NCBI RefSeq assembly: GCF_009914755.1 | Contig: NC_060931.1 | DNA: 64,000 nucleotides | DNA from: the human T2T-CHM13v2.0 reference genome, Homo sapiens | Strand: one strand, 5' to 3' | Shown: positions 13,293 through 30,514 of the stretch, piece by piece | How positions within the stretch are numbered: position 1 is the first letter of the stretch | Layout of the letters: each line of letters starts with the position of its first letter | Program-made: the position numbers and the translations under genes | Notes under the pieces: model-generated | The model's database searches: none | What the model was told of the DNA's origin: nothing | The model's input: the letters and a program-made list of their open reading frames with translations, nothing else

Positions 13293-14706
13293 AGTTTGAT
13301 GAAAGGGGTGACGGATGGATGAAACTCTACCTGCTGGGCACCTAGTCTGTGCCTTCTGTGGGCAGTGGCCAAGGTCCCCAAAGATGGGGCTGCCTCAACC
13401 AGGAGATATGAGAGGTTCCTGATACTGCTTGGGAGAGGAGGCTAGTATGTCTCTCGGTAACAGTCCCTTATAGCAACCTACATGGAGAAAAAACAAAAAC
13501 AAGAAAAGCCACAAAAAGAAAAAAAATCAGGCCCATTTGGACAAAGCAGAAAATTGACTAGGGTACAGTCCAGGAAGAATGTCAGCAGCAATCACTGTCT
13601 GCTAATCCCAGCCCAGTTTTAATCAGCGTCTCCCTGGCACTCTGGAGTATTTATTCTATGAAAGATTTAAGCCAGTTTGTTTTTAAGAAGAACCATCCTA
13701 ATCCCCTCTGTTTAACTTTTTAACTTAATCTTGGTTACCAAGTTACTTAAGGAGCAGAGTGGAAGAATTGCTCCCCCTCCTACAAACGTGATTAACCTGT
13801 TTTAGCTTATTTTTCCTAAAGTCTCCAGGGCAGTGCCAGCTGGGGGAAGGGGACAAGCCACAGACAGGAGGAAGAGAACAGCGGAGGGAAGGGAAGCAGG
13901 TGACCACCAGGAGGGTGTGACAGGCAAGCTGGATGCTGAGCCAGAGCTGAGGTTCCTCTGTTCTCACAAACCAGGTGAAGAATGAGGTCACGGGCTAGAG
14001 TTTGGGGGCTCTTATCTCTTTTTTATCGTGTCACTTTTTGTCTGTCCTTCAAGAGGACAGAGAAGAAAACACAGAAGACACAAATAATTCAAGGCCACGT
14101 GCATGGGAGCAGGGCAGCCTGCTAAGTTCTGCTTTCATTCCTTCCCTAAACATTCATTCCCTGAAGTTGATAGGCGCCTTCGGGATTAGAGCTTCAACTG
14201 TGGTCATCGAAGCCCACCAGGACACGACCACAGACCACGGATTGGCTCCACGGTTCTCTTCCTCCCCCAACCTTCTCCTCAGTGCCACTATTGGGAGCTC
14301 TTTCTGTGTCTCCAGGGGCTCTCAGATAACCAGGGTCCCAGGTGAACTCCCGACAAACACAGGTGCACCATGTCGTTTGCATGGGTGTCGCTGGCCCCCG
14401 CTGCTGGGGCAGGCTGGCCTGCTGCTTGGTGCAACACCCATCAGTCACTTCTGCCAAGGCCCCTACTCTGTCCTGACCCCGGTGGGGGCCATGGGGTTGG
14501 GGGAATGGGACTGGGATAGGAGATGAACATGACAGCTTTTAGGAAGAAGATATCTTGGTTTCCTCTGGAAAAATCCTTCCATTTCTTTAAACCCACCACA
14601 AGCCACTTTGAGGGACTGCCTGAGCGCCCCATGTTCCCCTACCGACCTCCCCTCTTTGCCCTCCCACTGACTCCCAGACCCCCGGTGGGCGCAGGTCGGT
14701 ACTCAC

Positions 14707-14805
14707 GCTGCTGGGGTGGAGGACGGGCAGAGGCAGCAGCAGGAGCGGGACGCAGACGACCAGCAGCAGCTTCCGGACTCGGAGCAGGCCCTGCAGCAGG
14801 CCCAT
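14707..14805 (-). CDS. SLC13A4: SLC13A4 coding exon 1 (33 codons, MGLLQGLLRVRKLLLVVCVPLLLLPLPVLHPSS)
   Basis: ATG at 14805-14803 in context GCGATGG; donor AGC|GTGAGT after 14707; 99 nt, phase 0; recognised N-terminus of the SLC13 Na+/sulfate cotransporter. Confidence 0.96.
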
Positions 14806-15490
14806 CGCGCCTCTGTCCTCTCCAGCTCGTCCTCGGACCCCGCTCTGCCGGCGAAAGGCTTCCTGCCTGGGCACTGCTCTCTATCCAGAAAGACTTCTTA
14901 AACCTTTCTTGGCTTCCGAGAGTCCTCCTTCGTCTTGGGGGCAGAACGGGAGGGCAGTTATACCCTCGCTGTTTCTACAAGAGGCTGGGCTCCTGGCCTC
15001 CTGCTTTAGGTGGGATTGATGAGCATCGTTTTGTGACCAGCAAAAAGGAACTGGGAAAGGATGATAAACGGGGGCATAGTGGGCCTCCTCTCGGCTTGAT
15101 TAGTAATAGAGTAACTTCATTCTAGGTGCCAGCAGAAACCCCCTTAATCCTTTAAGCCACACCTTTGCTGCTGCTGCTCGGCCTTGAAGAAATCATTTAA
15201 AAGCTTAAAAACATTAAAAACGCTCAGAGCACATTGTGCTCTCCATCAGTTTTCCTCCCTCGGATGACCTATTTTGGGGAGTACCTGTTTCATCTCCCAC
15301 CTGGGCTCGCTGTTGGTAAGACTCTAGTAGCCCCTTTCCTTAAAACAAGCACCTGAGCTTGTCAGAGTTGCATGCGGACTTCAGGTGGGGCTGCTGGTCG
15401 CTCCCAGGACGTGGTACCTTAACTCTGTTCACATGTCTTTCCCTCAAATTGGTTCCCTACTTATAATTTGCCTTGAGCCTGGGCCTGCAA
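14806..15490 (-). other. SLC13A4: SLC13A4 5' UTR (upstream boundary uncertain)
   Basis: Lies between the ATG and the promoter-motif cluster; the TSS cannot be fixed from sequence. Confidence 0.5.
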
Positions 15491-15559
15491 AGCAGAAAAG
15501 AAAAGTCCCCAAGACATTCCTTTTTATCAAAGGACAAAACTTGCTGGAGGCCCACCTTT

Positions 15560-15700
15560 AACTTTCATCCACCAATGGGAAGCCGGGACAGAGACAGTAG
15601 CTCCGCCCACTTCTCAAAGCCAATCAGCAAATTGAAAAGAATGAGTCAATTTCTCTCCCCGCGGCCGCTCTTGATTGGTCACAGCGGGGGCCTGCTGATT
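15560..15700. promoter_or_regulatory. CCAAT/GC-box promoter upstream of SLC13A4
   Basis: CCAAT 15572-76 and 15620-24; ATTGG 15674-78; GC box CCGCCC 15603-08; AP-1 TGAGTCA 15642-48; local CpGs (GCGGCCGC 15661-68). Confidence 0.7.
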
Positions 15701-16928
15701 CCGCAGAACCTAGGCAGCCTGCTAAGCTTATTTTTCAGTTTCTCAAACTTCCTAGGGCTGGAGTGATGACCATCATCGTAAACATAATCTCACGTACCCA
15801 AGCACAGCTTTATTGTTTCGGATCATAGGACACAGAGCTTTCGCTGGGAGGGCCACCTGCTGATCTAGACCTTGGGAAGGGAATGTGCCTGGTGGCAGGG
15901 AGAAAATGCAACATTACTTCTGGAGAATTTGCCTCAGAGTGTACAAAGTTAAGCCTTTCAGACCTCCCTGCTGGCAAAGATCGTTTGCCTCAGCACCGAA
16001 GGGGGAATATAAAGGGTCTAGGCCAGCAGAGGGTATGAGCTCGTGAGAAAGACCCCAGATCTTTTGGGAAGTATAGCTGCCTCCCTGGCAAAGTCTAGAT
16101 GCCAGTCTCATGCCCAGATGTCAGTGGTCTCTCTGGCTAAAGTAGGTGCTCAAATGCTTCTCTCTGGGGCTCTCCAAAAAGGAAACTGAAGACCTTCTTT
16201 GGCTGGTACGAAAGGAGGAGGTGGGAGGGCAGGGAAGAAGTTGACAAGTTCAGGGACAAGGTCTTAGCTGCAGTTGAACTCTGGAATTTCTCCTGTTTAC
16301 AGATTGGAAGAAGTTGTTAGCTTCTTTTCTCAGAACGGACATGTGGATTTGGGGCAAGGAAGAAAAGCAAAAGCAAAAGCCCAAACATTCTGTAAGTAGT
16401 GGTTCTTGGCAACATTACCTTACCTTGATCTGGGAGATGCTGAGCAGAGTCAAAGGGTTATAAAACCCATGTTGTCTTGAATTCACAGAACACAGGAATG
16501 GCGTTCGAAGATCTGCAACTATACTACTTGGAAATGATCCCCAGGCTAAAGTGACCAGGGAAGTGACCCAAAAAACAAATTCTTCTTGACTTTTAAGGCA
16601 GGTGCAACTGTGGACAGCTGAGGTCCCCTTTGAAATTATCTTGCCATCGTAGGATGGGCTAGGATGACTCAACTCTTTAAATGCATGTTAAAGACTGGCT
16701 ACTGTATTTACTACATTCTGGCCTCATTTTTTTTTGGTTATGATTTTGAAACTCAGAATGAACAATACCACGTGTGTGATGTTTTGGTCGCAAACATTAA
16801 AGACAGCGAATAATTATAAGCAGCTGTGGAAGTCAACATCCACTGTTAAACCCATGAACCATTCCAAATTCCTCGGTGAGATACTCTGAGATAACAAAGA
16901 TTCCAGTGAGCAACTCAATCATGACATC

Positions 16929-16934
16929 TTTATT
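16929..16934 (-). terminator. Poly(A) signal AATAAA (candidate FAM180A distal site)
   Basis: TTTATT on the plus strand, followed on the minus strand by GU/U-rich sequence. Confidence 0.55.
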
Positions 16935-17069
16935 ATACCATAGATGAATATTTGTTAAATAAAAATAGGTACAGCAAGTGTACAATAAGACCAGTAGTTC
17001 TCCTTCAGAACTCTACCCATTTTTCAGAGGAAGGAAACACTTTTCCAGAATACAATGCTCAAGAAATGT

Positions 17070-17338
17070 AAGCCAGATCCCGCTTGTATGAGGTATCTTA
17101 AGTAGTCAGACTCTCAAAAACAGAAAGCAGAATAATGGTGCCAAGAGCTGGGGCAGGCAGGGGGAAGGGGAAAAGAGGAGTTGTTCGGTGGGTATAGAAC
17201 TTCAGAATTACAAGATGAGAAAGTTCCGGGGGTCTGTTTCACAACATGCATGGAGTTAACACTGCTGTACCATATGCTTAAAAATGGTTAAGATGGTACA
17301 TTTTACGTGATGTGTTTTTTACCACAATAAAAAAAATA
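17070..17338 (+). mobile_element. Old L1 (L1MB-like) 3' end, antisense within the putative FAM180A 3' UTR
   Basis: AAAAATGGTTAAGATGGTA..TTTTACCACAATAAAAAA terminus. Confidence 0.7.
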
Positions 17339-17567
17339 AGATTGAAATGGATTAGGAAAGTAAGGGGTGTTGTAAAAAGTCATTTAACAAGCATTTGATT
17401 TTAGACCATTGGACCTGCAGAAATACTTTGATTTGTTAGATTCAAGGTGAGGTGACAGAGCAATGAAGTCTGCAGCAGTTAAATGTCTGTTGATGTCTCT
17501 TGAGTGACATTGGAGATAGCTGTGAGGATGCCAACGATGGAGGAAACTTAGAAAGTTTTTAGATCCT

Positions 17568-17868
17568 GGGCCAGGCACGGTGGCTCACGCCTGTAATCCT
17601 AGCATTTTGGGAGGCTGAGGCAGGTGGACCACTTGAGGTCAGGAGTTTGAGACCAGCCTGGCCAACATGGTGAAACCCCATCTCTGCTAAAAATACAAAA
17701 AAATTAGCAGGGCATGGTGACGTGTGCCTGTGGTCCCAGCTACTTGGGAGGCTGAGGTGGGAGAATCGTTTGAACACTGTAGGCGGAGGTGCCACTGCAC
17801 TCCAGCCTGGGTGACAGAGCGAGACTGTCCCAAAAACAAACAAACAAAAACAAAACAAAAAAACCCAC
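17568..17868 (+). mobile_element. Alu
   Basis: Perfect 16-bp TSD AAAGTTTTTAGATCCT at 17552-67 and 17869-84. Confidence 0.92.
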
Positions 17869-19639
17869 AAAGTTTTTAGATCCTAAAATTTGTCAGCAGA
17901 AATGGTTACATAAGTCATGGGCAAGTTTCCACCACAAACATCACACTCCCATATTATTCTAATAGTAATTATAACCAAATGTGACCCCTTCGTGACTGTA
18001 GTTGTATAGAGTGTGGCACTAATGAGGCAAAATAGGAGACCCTGTTTGTCTGTCTAGTCTACATTTCTACTACTCCTTGGGCAAAGAATAGGGTTTTTTG
18101 GCTGCTGGTGGTGATCATAATATTTGATTCTGCATGTCAGTGAAATCATTGTCATAAAACTCTCTGTGGGTAAACAATGATCTGCATTCAGATTAAAATA
18201 GTTTTTAAGACTCTAGTTACTGAAAATGAGTCTTCATTTGTCTTTAAAAAGGTCATGTCCTTCTTTTTTCTATTTTTTTTTTTCAGTCATTGATTGCCAC
18301 AAAAATTCAAGCCCCAATTTGTGTTTAATTTTTTTGTTGCTGGGTGAATGTTCCTGGGAACCATCTTCCCATTCATGGATTTCTTACTACTGGGAGCAGC
18401 CATCTACATAACATGGTGGTCAGGGACTACAAGGGTGGGCCTTTCCATCTGATGATTCTGAGTACAAGAAAGCTTTCAGATCCATTGTCAAGGGAGTGGA
18501 GCCTCGGGGCGGGATACAAGACTGACTATCAGGGTATTGCACAGTGTCTAGGGACTGAGGCCATTGCTAATCCACTCCCCATCTGACATCTAGGAAAAGT
18601 ACAAACTGTGAAGATAGGCTACCATGTTTATCTGCCTCTGGCCGATCCCAACGCTGTCTGTACACTGACTTGTGTTTTACTTAGACAATGATACCCAGAG
18701 AAGACTGACAGACAGTGAGTGTTAGAGTGTGGGTCAGCAGAGATAGAGCAAAAGTCAAGCAGAAGAGTCTTGGAGATGCATCAAAAAACAGATACAGAGA
18801 TATTTGGAATTGGGCCCAAATATACAGCAGCAGAGATACCAACTAAAATAAAAGAAAGAAAGACAGAGACAAGCAGAGTGACCATGTCAGAGAGAATATG
18901 TACATTTAGAAAAAGAAAGATTGAACAAAAAAAGCATATATCAGAATCTGCATTTGGAGGAGGTAAAAGAGCAGAATGGTCAGGGAATGAGAAAGAGAAA
19001 CTGAGACTTACTAATCTTCTGAGCCTGAGAATATCAGGATGCAAAGCTGTGTTTTTCTCTGATGATGAATACCTTCTTCCTGTGTCCTAGTATTTCTCCA
19101 AAAAGATCATGCGGCTAGCACTGCTATGCAAAGCTTATTTGCTCAAAGATTTTGAAGGAGTCCAGACCTCATCATTATCAAATGACAACTGTTAAATACC
19201 CATTTCAGAATCAAATTTAGCCCAATAAATCCTCACTCATTCAAAGATCAGACTTGTTGCAGCTTTTGCTTGCTGAGCTCAGCTGTAAACTTAGGAGAAG
19301 ACAGAAAGATCTCTGAGCTAATGAGGAATCCTTATTAGGACCCAGACGCTCGACCCCTAGCAGAGGACTTCATCTATTAACTCTTATTTAACATAGAATT
19401 ATAACAAACCTGGCTATCGTAGTTTGTAGGCAATGGCCAGCTAAGAAAGAACAGACTGTGAAGGGCAAGTTACATTGGTAACAAAGAAAAATATGCTCTA
19501 ATAGCCTGACAGTGAGGGAGGCAGCAGGGAAACTCAGAACTGAACACAGAATGAGCAGTCTGGGACCTCTCAGGGTTGGTACAAACAGTTGAGCTGACTT
19601 CTTAGATCCAGGTGCTCTCCTTGTGGCATCTCACAGTTA

Positions 19640-20096
<457 letters not shown>

Positions 20097-20265
20097 TTAA
20101 AAAGATATCGAGTCAATATCTATAAAAGGAAAGTTTTGGCATTTGAAAGGGTAGAATTCTGTCATCTGAAAATCATTTTTATTTGGAGCATTTAGTTGTC
20201 TGATGATGCTAAATTATTTTTGCATGAAGACAGACAGGCACGGGCCTACATGCCACCTTGTTCGT

Positions 20266-20941
<676 letters not shown>

Positions 20942-21269
20942 TGTTCTCACTCTTGAGTGTGTGGCCACTGCTCTGGGTTGAAGCATATCAGAATTCTGCC
21001 TGCCATAGGCAAACCATTCTGCCCATGGAGGCGTCTTGAATGACCATTCCAGCCCTTTCTTCCAGCCCAGGTCACATGATGGCATGAATCAGATGTGTCT
21101 TCCAGGAAACTACAAGGAGAAAAGAGCATCGGGGTTACTGTTTGATCTCTGCTGCTCTGTGTCAGCGGTAAGTGTTTTGTTGCTGGTCTCTGTAAATGGA
21201 GTAGAGAATGAAGACTTTCTGGATTACTGTGCTGGTCCCTGCTCTGAGGTCCTGGTGTGGGCCAGTCTC

Positions 21270-21674
<405 letters not shown>

Positions 21675-21704
21675 TCATTATCACGCACCTTCCCTTAGGG
21701 AGGC

Positions 21705-21925
21705 AGCTGCCAGAAGAGCTTTGGAACTCAAGAGAGTTCCAGTTCTGACTTTCTCACTTGCTGTGTGAACTTGGACAAGTTACTTAACTTCTCTGAGCCT
21801 CACTTTCCTTCTCTGTGTAAATAATTAGTAACACCATCTACTTCACTGGGATATTGTGAGAGGTAAATAAGACAAATATGGACAAAACTAATACAGTGTC
21901 TGGTTCAAAACCAGTATTTAAGGGA
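21705..21925 (+). mobile_element. MIR
   Basis: GCTGTGTGAACTTGGACAAGTTACTTAACTTCTCTGAGCCTCA. Confidence 0.6.
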
Positions 21926-22034
21926 CTAATTATAGTTTCTAGTGTCCTGGATAAATTCCTTCTTCCCTTTCTTTTTTCCACCCAACAAAGATCATCTAAA
22001 GCATCAACTATTTCGATAATTTTAAGGCAGAAGC

Positions 22035-22636
<602 letters not shown>

Positions 22637-22996
22637 GAGTTTGAAGGATGCAGAGGATTGTGCTAGGAATCAAGTGGGACACAGATATTTGTCCTCGTCT
22701 CTGACCTGCCCACTAAGCGTGGGAGCTGGGTCTGCCATGCACATCCCTGGGTAGTGCCAGGCTCACAGTAGGGATGGAATGACTCTAAATCCTCTCTCTT
22801 CTCTCTGTCTCTGTCCTCCCCTGCCCGAATTCATCCTCCATGGCACTGTCTATGATCTTTCTAAAATATAGATCTCTTCGTATGACTCCCATGTTCAAGA
22901 CTAGGCAAAGACTCTGCATTTCCCAGTCTGGTTCCCAAGGCAGGATTTGAAATCTCTCCCCCTGGCTTAACTGCATGGCTACAGCAAGTTCTCTCT

Positions 22997-23614
<618 letters not shown>

Positions 23615-24267
23615 CCCCAACCAGCTGTCTCTTTCTTAACCAGACAGTCCTAGTGCATGGAGTCAGAGGATGTCAAAGCTGGAGGGGAATTTTGGACAGC
23701 CTAGTTGAATTCTCTCATTTAACAGTTGAGGAGAGTCAGGCCCAGAGAGAAACAGTGGCTTATGCAAGGTGGCACAGCGGACGGGAGATAGAGCCAGGAC
23801 TAAAGCTCAGATCTTGAGCCTGGGATCATAACACTGAACCAATCTGGGCAGCCTCGGGAAATTGACCCTGTGGTTTGGAGGAGGAGTGGGGTCTCAGTGA
23901 TGCAAGATGAGAGGTAGTGAAAGACAGCCTGCAGGGTGGTCTGTGGCTTCCAGAAACACAGCTAGGCTGGCAGCTCAGCCAGGCAGCATTGCCATCTTAG
24001 CATGCAGGGCCTTGGAGACACGGCTGCACCCAGACAATGGCTTGGCATTTCCTGGCAAGTCCTGCCTCAAGGCCTTTGCTTGGGAATATTGCCACACTCT
24101 GGTGCCTGGGTGCCAGGAGTGATGCCTATAGGCCAAACCTAATCTTTAGTTTAAACTGAACTGAACTCCTAATGCCATCATTGTCTGTTATAGCATGTGG
24201 GAAAGACAGGAGGCATGAGGAATACTTTATGAATGAGTAGGTTCTATGACCTCTACAAATTAGGCTA

Positions 24268-24918
<651 letters not shown>

Positions 24919-25483
24919 GGACTGACTGGAAAGTGGTGGTGGACACAGAGTGAGGAGAGAGGTGACATACTCCCCTGGTGTGGCCCAGAAAGCTCTCAGT
25001 CATATCAGACCAGTGGCTTAAAAACTGGCTGCTCATCAGAACCATCTGAGAAAACGAGAAAAGAAAAGAAAAAGAAAAAGAAAAAGGAAGAACCATCTGA
25101 GAAAGTTTTGCAAAATCTATATGCCTGGGGATATGCATGCCTTAGGAAATTTATATTAAACCAAAGCAAAATAAAGCAAAGTAGAAATGAGTGAAAACAA
25201 AAAGCCCCAAAGTCAGTAAGTGAGTTCCCTGAAAACACTGTTCCCTAATAGCACTGCACGCATCTTAGCGCGTTATCAGTATGAAGTGCTGGTTTATGTT
25301 GATTCACTGCCTGTTTTAATCAGAAGATCAGGATTCTGGCTGCCTCATGCATCCAAAATATAGCTGCCAAGAATCTGAACACACATGACAAAATAAAGGA
25401 AGAGAGATGCACAAGACCCAGGCCCTTGGATCTAGGGCATCATTGTGGGGTCAAACTCAGAGCTTTCCCCAAGGGCTGCCTGA

Positions 25484-25788
25484 TTTTTGTTTGTTTGTTT
25501 GTTTGAGATGGAGTCTTGCTCTGTTGCCCAGGCTGGAGTGCAGTGGCACGATCTTGGCTCACTGCAACCTCTGCCCACTGTGGGTTCAAGTGATTCTCCT
25601 GCCTCAGCCTCTCAAGTAGCTGGGATTACAGATGTGTGCCACCACGCTCGGCTAATTGTTGCATTTTTAGTAGAGACAGGATTTCACCATGTTGGCCAGG
25701 CTGGTCTTGAACTCCTGACCTCAAGTGATCTGCCTGCCTCAGCCTCCCAAAGTGCTGGGACTATAAGCATGAGCTACCGAGCCCAGCC
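25484..25788 (-). mobile_element. Alu
   Basis: Dimeric Alu with a (TTTG)n tail. Confidence 0.9.
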
Positions 25789-26300
25789 AAGCCTGGCTGA
25801 TTTAGGAATGTATTTAGTATAAAGTCAGTGACTTGACAATGCTGTTCCAGTGGTTGCATGTAGAAATGGTAACTGGAGGAAGATGAATTGCTATTAGAGG
25901 TACACAGGACAGCAAGAATTAGGCACTAACTGGGGACAAGTGAAGGAGAAGACAGAACATCAGAGGGTATGGGAATGATCATTATAAATTGCAGTTCTCC
26001 AGGACCACGTCAGGCTAGGAGCAAATAGCTCTGGTCACCTCCACAGCCCCTCTGGGGAGCAGGCACTGTGCAGAAATGATCGGCAAGCCCTCTGCCAGCT
26101 GATAGAAAAAGGTACAGCTTCTTTAAGACACTTAATTATGATCTACCAGAAAACTGTGGAAATAATGGTAAAAATTGGAGACTACAAGGTGTTGGCACCC
26201 CCTGAAGTTGTACAGGCATATTTTGCTTAATCATAAATGGCAGCTCTGCTAGTTGATAATAGTGCCCTTGAGCCATTGAGAAAAGGTCAAATTATGTTCA

Positions 26301-26927
<627 letters not shown>

Positions 26928-27519
26928 GGCAGGGAAGGATGGAAATCATTTTAGAAGGATTGCCATCAGAAGTGATTAAAAAAAAAAAAAAAAAGGAAAC
27001 ATCTTTAACTTAGAGGAACTTTCCTGAAAAGCTCACTGGTAGGAATCTCCCATGTCCCAGAAAATCCTGATGGGCTTATTATAGTATTGCTGTAAACTGC
27101 TTTCTCAGTAACTTATTTATGATCGATACCACAAGTTCCTCAAGGGCTTTGATACATACAGTTTTATATTCTGTACCCGTGGCAGAGCCTGGCAGGCTTC
27201 CGGGGTGTGCGCTGGGCATAGCTGTTGATGACCAAATCCCTGCACTAATGGTCGCCTCGGCCAGCAGAGTGACGAGCTCTGTTTCGCCAGACCATGCTCA
27301 GGGAAGGAGCCATGAGCTCCATGGCAGTATTCCCTAGCCAGGTATTTCAGCAGAGTTTATACTCTTTGCCAAAAAAGAGCCAGTTTCCCCCAGAATCATA
27401 GATTTTAGGGCTTGAGGAAGCCTTTGCCCCTGTTTGTCCATTGCCAATGCCTGTAGTGTCAGGTGGAACACAGGAGAGTGAGGTGTCTGTGACTCCACTA
27501 GTTAACACTGTTAGAGTCA

Positions 27520-27885
27520 CCAAAGCGGTTTCTTGGACCTGGCTCCAGAGTTCTGATTTAATTGAACCAGAGGGCAATGAACACATTACGATTTTGTAAA
27601 GCTTCCTAAGTGCTTCTAATGACAGCCGAGGTTGAGAACCACTGTCCTAGTCAGAGTAAGCTTGACCTGAAATTGTGTGGAAGACGCTGACCCTAGGCTG
27701 TGTGGCCGCTCTTTGTTTAGACCGGTGGTTCCCAGCCTTGACTAGACATTCGATTCATCCGGGCACTTTTAGAAACCCAAATGCCCAAGACCACACTCCA
27801 GGCCAATTTGTGGGCATCTCTGGGAGTGAAATGTAGGCACTGGGACTTTTTCCAGCTCCCAGGCTCCAGTTGGCAGCCAGATCTG
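27520..27885. mobile_element. MER5-family fragments (two)
   Basis: GGTTGAGAACCACTG end near 27644; second copy starting near 27722. Confidence 0.5.
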
Positions 27886-28605
27886 TGTTATCCATATCAC
27901 AGACAGGCCGATGGTGTCCTTCTACCATAAAACAATTCAGAGCTCTTGCCTATCTGATGGGGCCTTACAAGGTCATCTGAAGAGACCAAGGTCATCATGT
28001 TCTTGGAGGTAAGGAGTGCAGGCACAAAGAGGGCATGGACTTTGTCTCTGTTTTCTCCTTGGTATGAGATGAGTTGGTCCTAGGTCAAGGTGTGGCCTGT
28101 TTCTTTCTTTGTGCTCTTCTTTTCTTCCCACCAGGAAGAAAGGAGGTGGATGAAACCCCCTTCTTAGGATAGGATCTAAGAGCGACTCTACTTCTTTAAT
28201 TCTGCTAGAATTTATCTCTTATTGCCAAATTAAAGGTATTATTCCCTTAAAAAAAAACAAAAAAAACAAAACAAAAAAAAAACCTCAGTCCCAGCAGAGG
28301 AAGGCAATAGGGAGGGAATGTCAGGGCGTGGAGCCCTTTCTGCTCCCTGTAATCACAGCCGCTGCCTGCCTGGAAGTTATTCATGATCTTAGACCTGGAC
28401 TTTCTTCGCTCAGTTGTTGCCCTGTGAACAGCAACATGTCTTTAACATGCTCACCCCAGAGGTACCCCTAGTTCTCAAAGAGCCAAGAAGAAAATACTTC
28501 CTGATTCAAAGCTGAGCTTGATAATGGAAACTTTGTCATTTCCAATAGCTCTTGGTCTCCTACTGAATAGTAATATAGTTTGATGGAGACTTAGAAATAG
28601 CTTCA

Positions 28606-29137
<532 letters not shown>

Positions 29138-30514
29138 GCCAAGCAAATGGGAGAAAGCATTTCCAATGAATGTCACTGATAAGGATCAATATCTAGAAGC
29201 TAAAAAAGAGGTCCTACCAATCCATTTAAAAAGTAAAAAATTAGAATGTATGTGTGGGAAGCACAGGAATCTTAAAGATGGGTCTCTCTTCCTCCCTTCC
29301 TCACCCCCACCCCTGCACTGGTCCACCAGGCCCAGCAGTGCTGCCCCTCACATTTCTGTGGCTGCTTTGACCTTGTGCATTGGGCAGGGGTAGGGATGGC
29401 TGCTGGAGTGCAGCCAGCTCTAGGGCAGACATCTCAGTGGCTCGGCAGCCACCCAGATCTGACTCCCTGTGTGAGGCAAGATCTAGAGAGAATAAACTTA
29501 TCTCCACTGGAGAGGCTGGAGGTGGTGGGTGAGAAATAGCTCTATCTGATCAATGTCAAAATACAGAGGTACAATTTCACAATGTACAGTCACTCCAAGA
29601 TGTTCTTGTCCATAATGATGAAGGCTGGACCCCACCGGAAATGCTGATGGCTGAAACAAGGGCTGGCAAACTCCAAGATGTATATGTGCAAAGCTGGAAA
29701 CTAGACTTGCTCCTACATTTTAGAAAATCTTGTTTCCCCAGGAAGCCTTTCCTGAGACTCAATGGTCAGCTTGCATGGAAGTTGGCTGCCCAGGCTGGCC
29801 GTGGGGTGGGGAAACCAAGCACTGCTCAGCTCCTCCTCGATTCCCTGGACAAATGAGCATCTAGGACACATGGGACCGACCAGCATAGAACAAGTGACTC
29901 ACTTGCTAAAGGTCATGCCACATGGACTAAGTTAGTCCAGGAGCTGGATCCAGAGTTCATGATTCATGTGTTATAGCGTGTTCTGTCCATGTCTTCTGCT
30001 GAGAGATACCTCTGGAGCTCAGGCTAAAGCTCTTAACATGTGGAGCTCAGATATAATAATGTAAGAGCTCGGGGCACCCACTGTGTGCCTTGTGCTGTCC
30101 ATAAGTACCTTGTGAGGTAAATATGAACTTTCCATTTTATAGATGAAGAAACTTGGAGGTTAAGAAAATTGCCCTAGGCCATCCAATTTATTTGAGGTAG
30201 GGCTGGGATTAAAATCCAGATCTCCAAGGCTCCAAAACCCAATCTCACTGATAAGTGAACAATGCTCCTTTTTGTAGGTACCTCTGCCCAGAGAGTGGGC
30301 ATTCTTCAGTTCTGAATAACTACAGAAAGGATAAATGGTAGTTAGTTATGAATGAATGAATGCCTATGCATTTGATAGAAAACGTATTCTTAAGTGGATC
30401 ACACATACTTTTCAAAACTCTGACTTTGACTTATAATAATGTGATATGCAAGGTCAAAGGACTACTTTTAGGATCACTCTCCTGCATCGATTCTCCTTTT
30501 CTCCCTCATTGTTC

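Larger units (their letters stand above)
16910..17414 (-). other. FAM180A: Probable distal FAM180A 3' UTR / terminal non-coding exon
   Basis: Minus-strand branch/acceptor tctaac...tttctgcag|G at 17415/17414 and AATAAA at 16934-16929; boundaries inferred, and other acceptors are possible. Confidence 0.45.

Noticed and set aside
14806-14874. In-frame N-terminal extension of SLC13A4 shown in the ORF track
   Set aside because: Begins at a GTG, while the ATG at 14805 has strong context and matches the known N-terminus
14523-15125. 200-aa plus-strand ORF antisense to SLC13A4 exon 1
   Set aside because: Shadow ORF expected in GC-rich coding antisense; no recognisable protein
18700-19090. 123-aa basic ORF in an AG-rich stretch
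   Set aside because: Compositional bias only; non-ATG start
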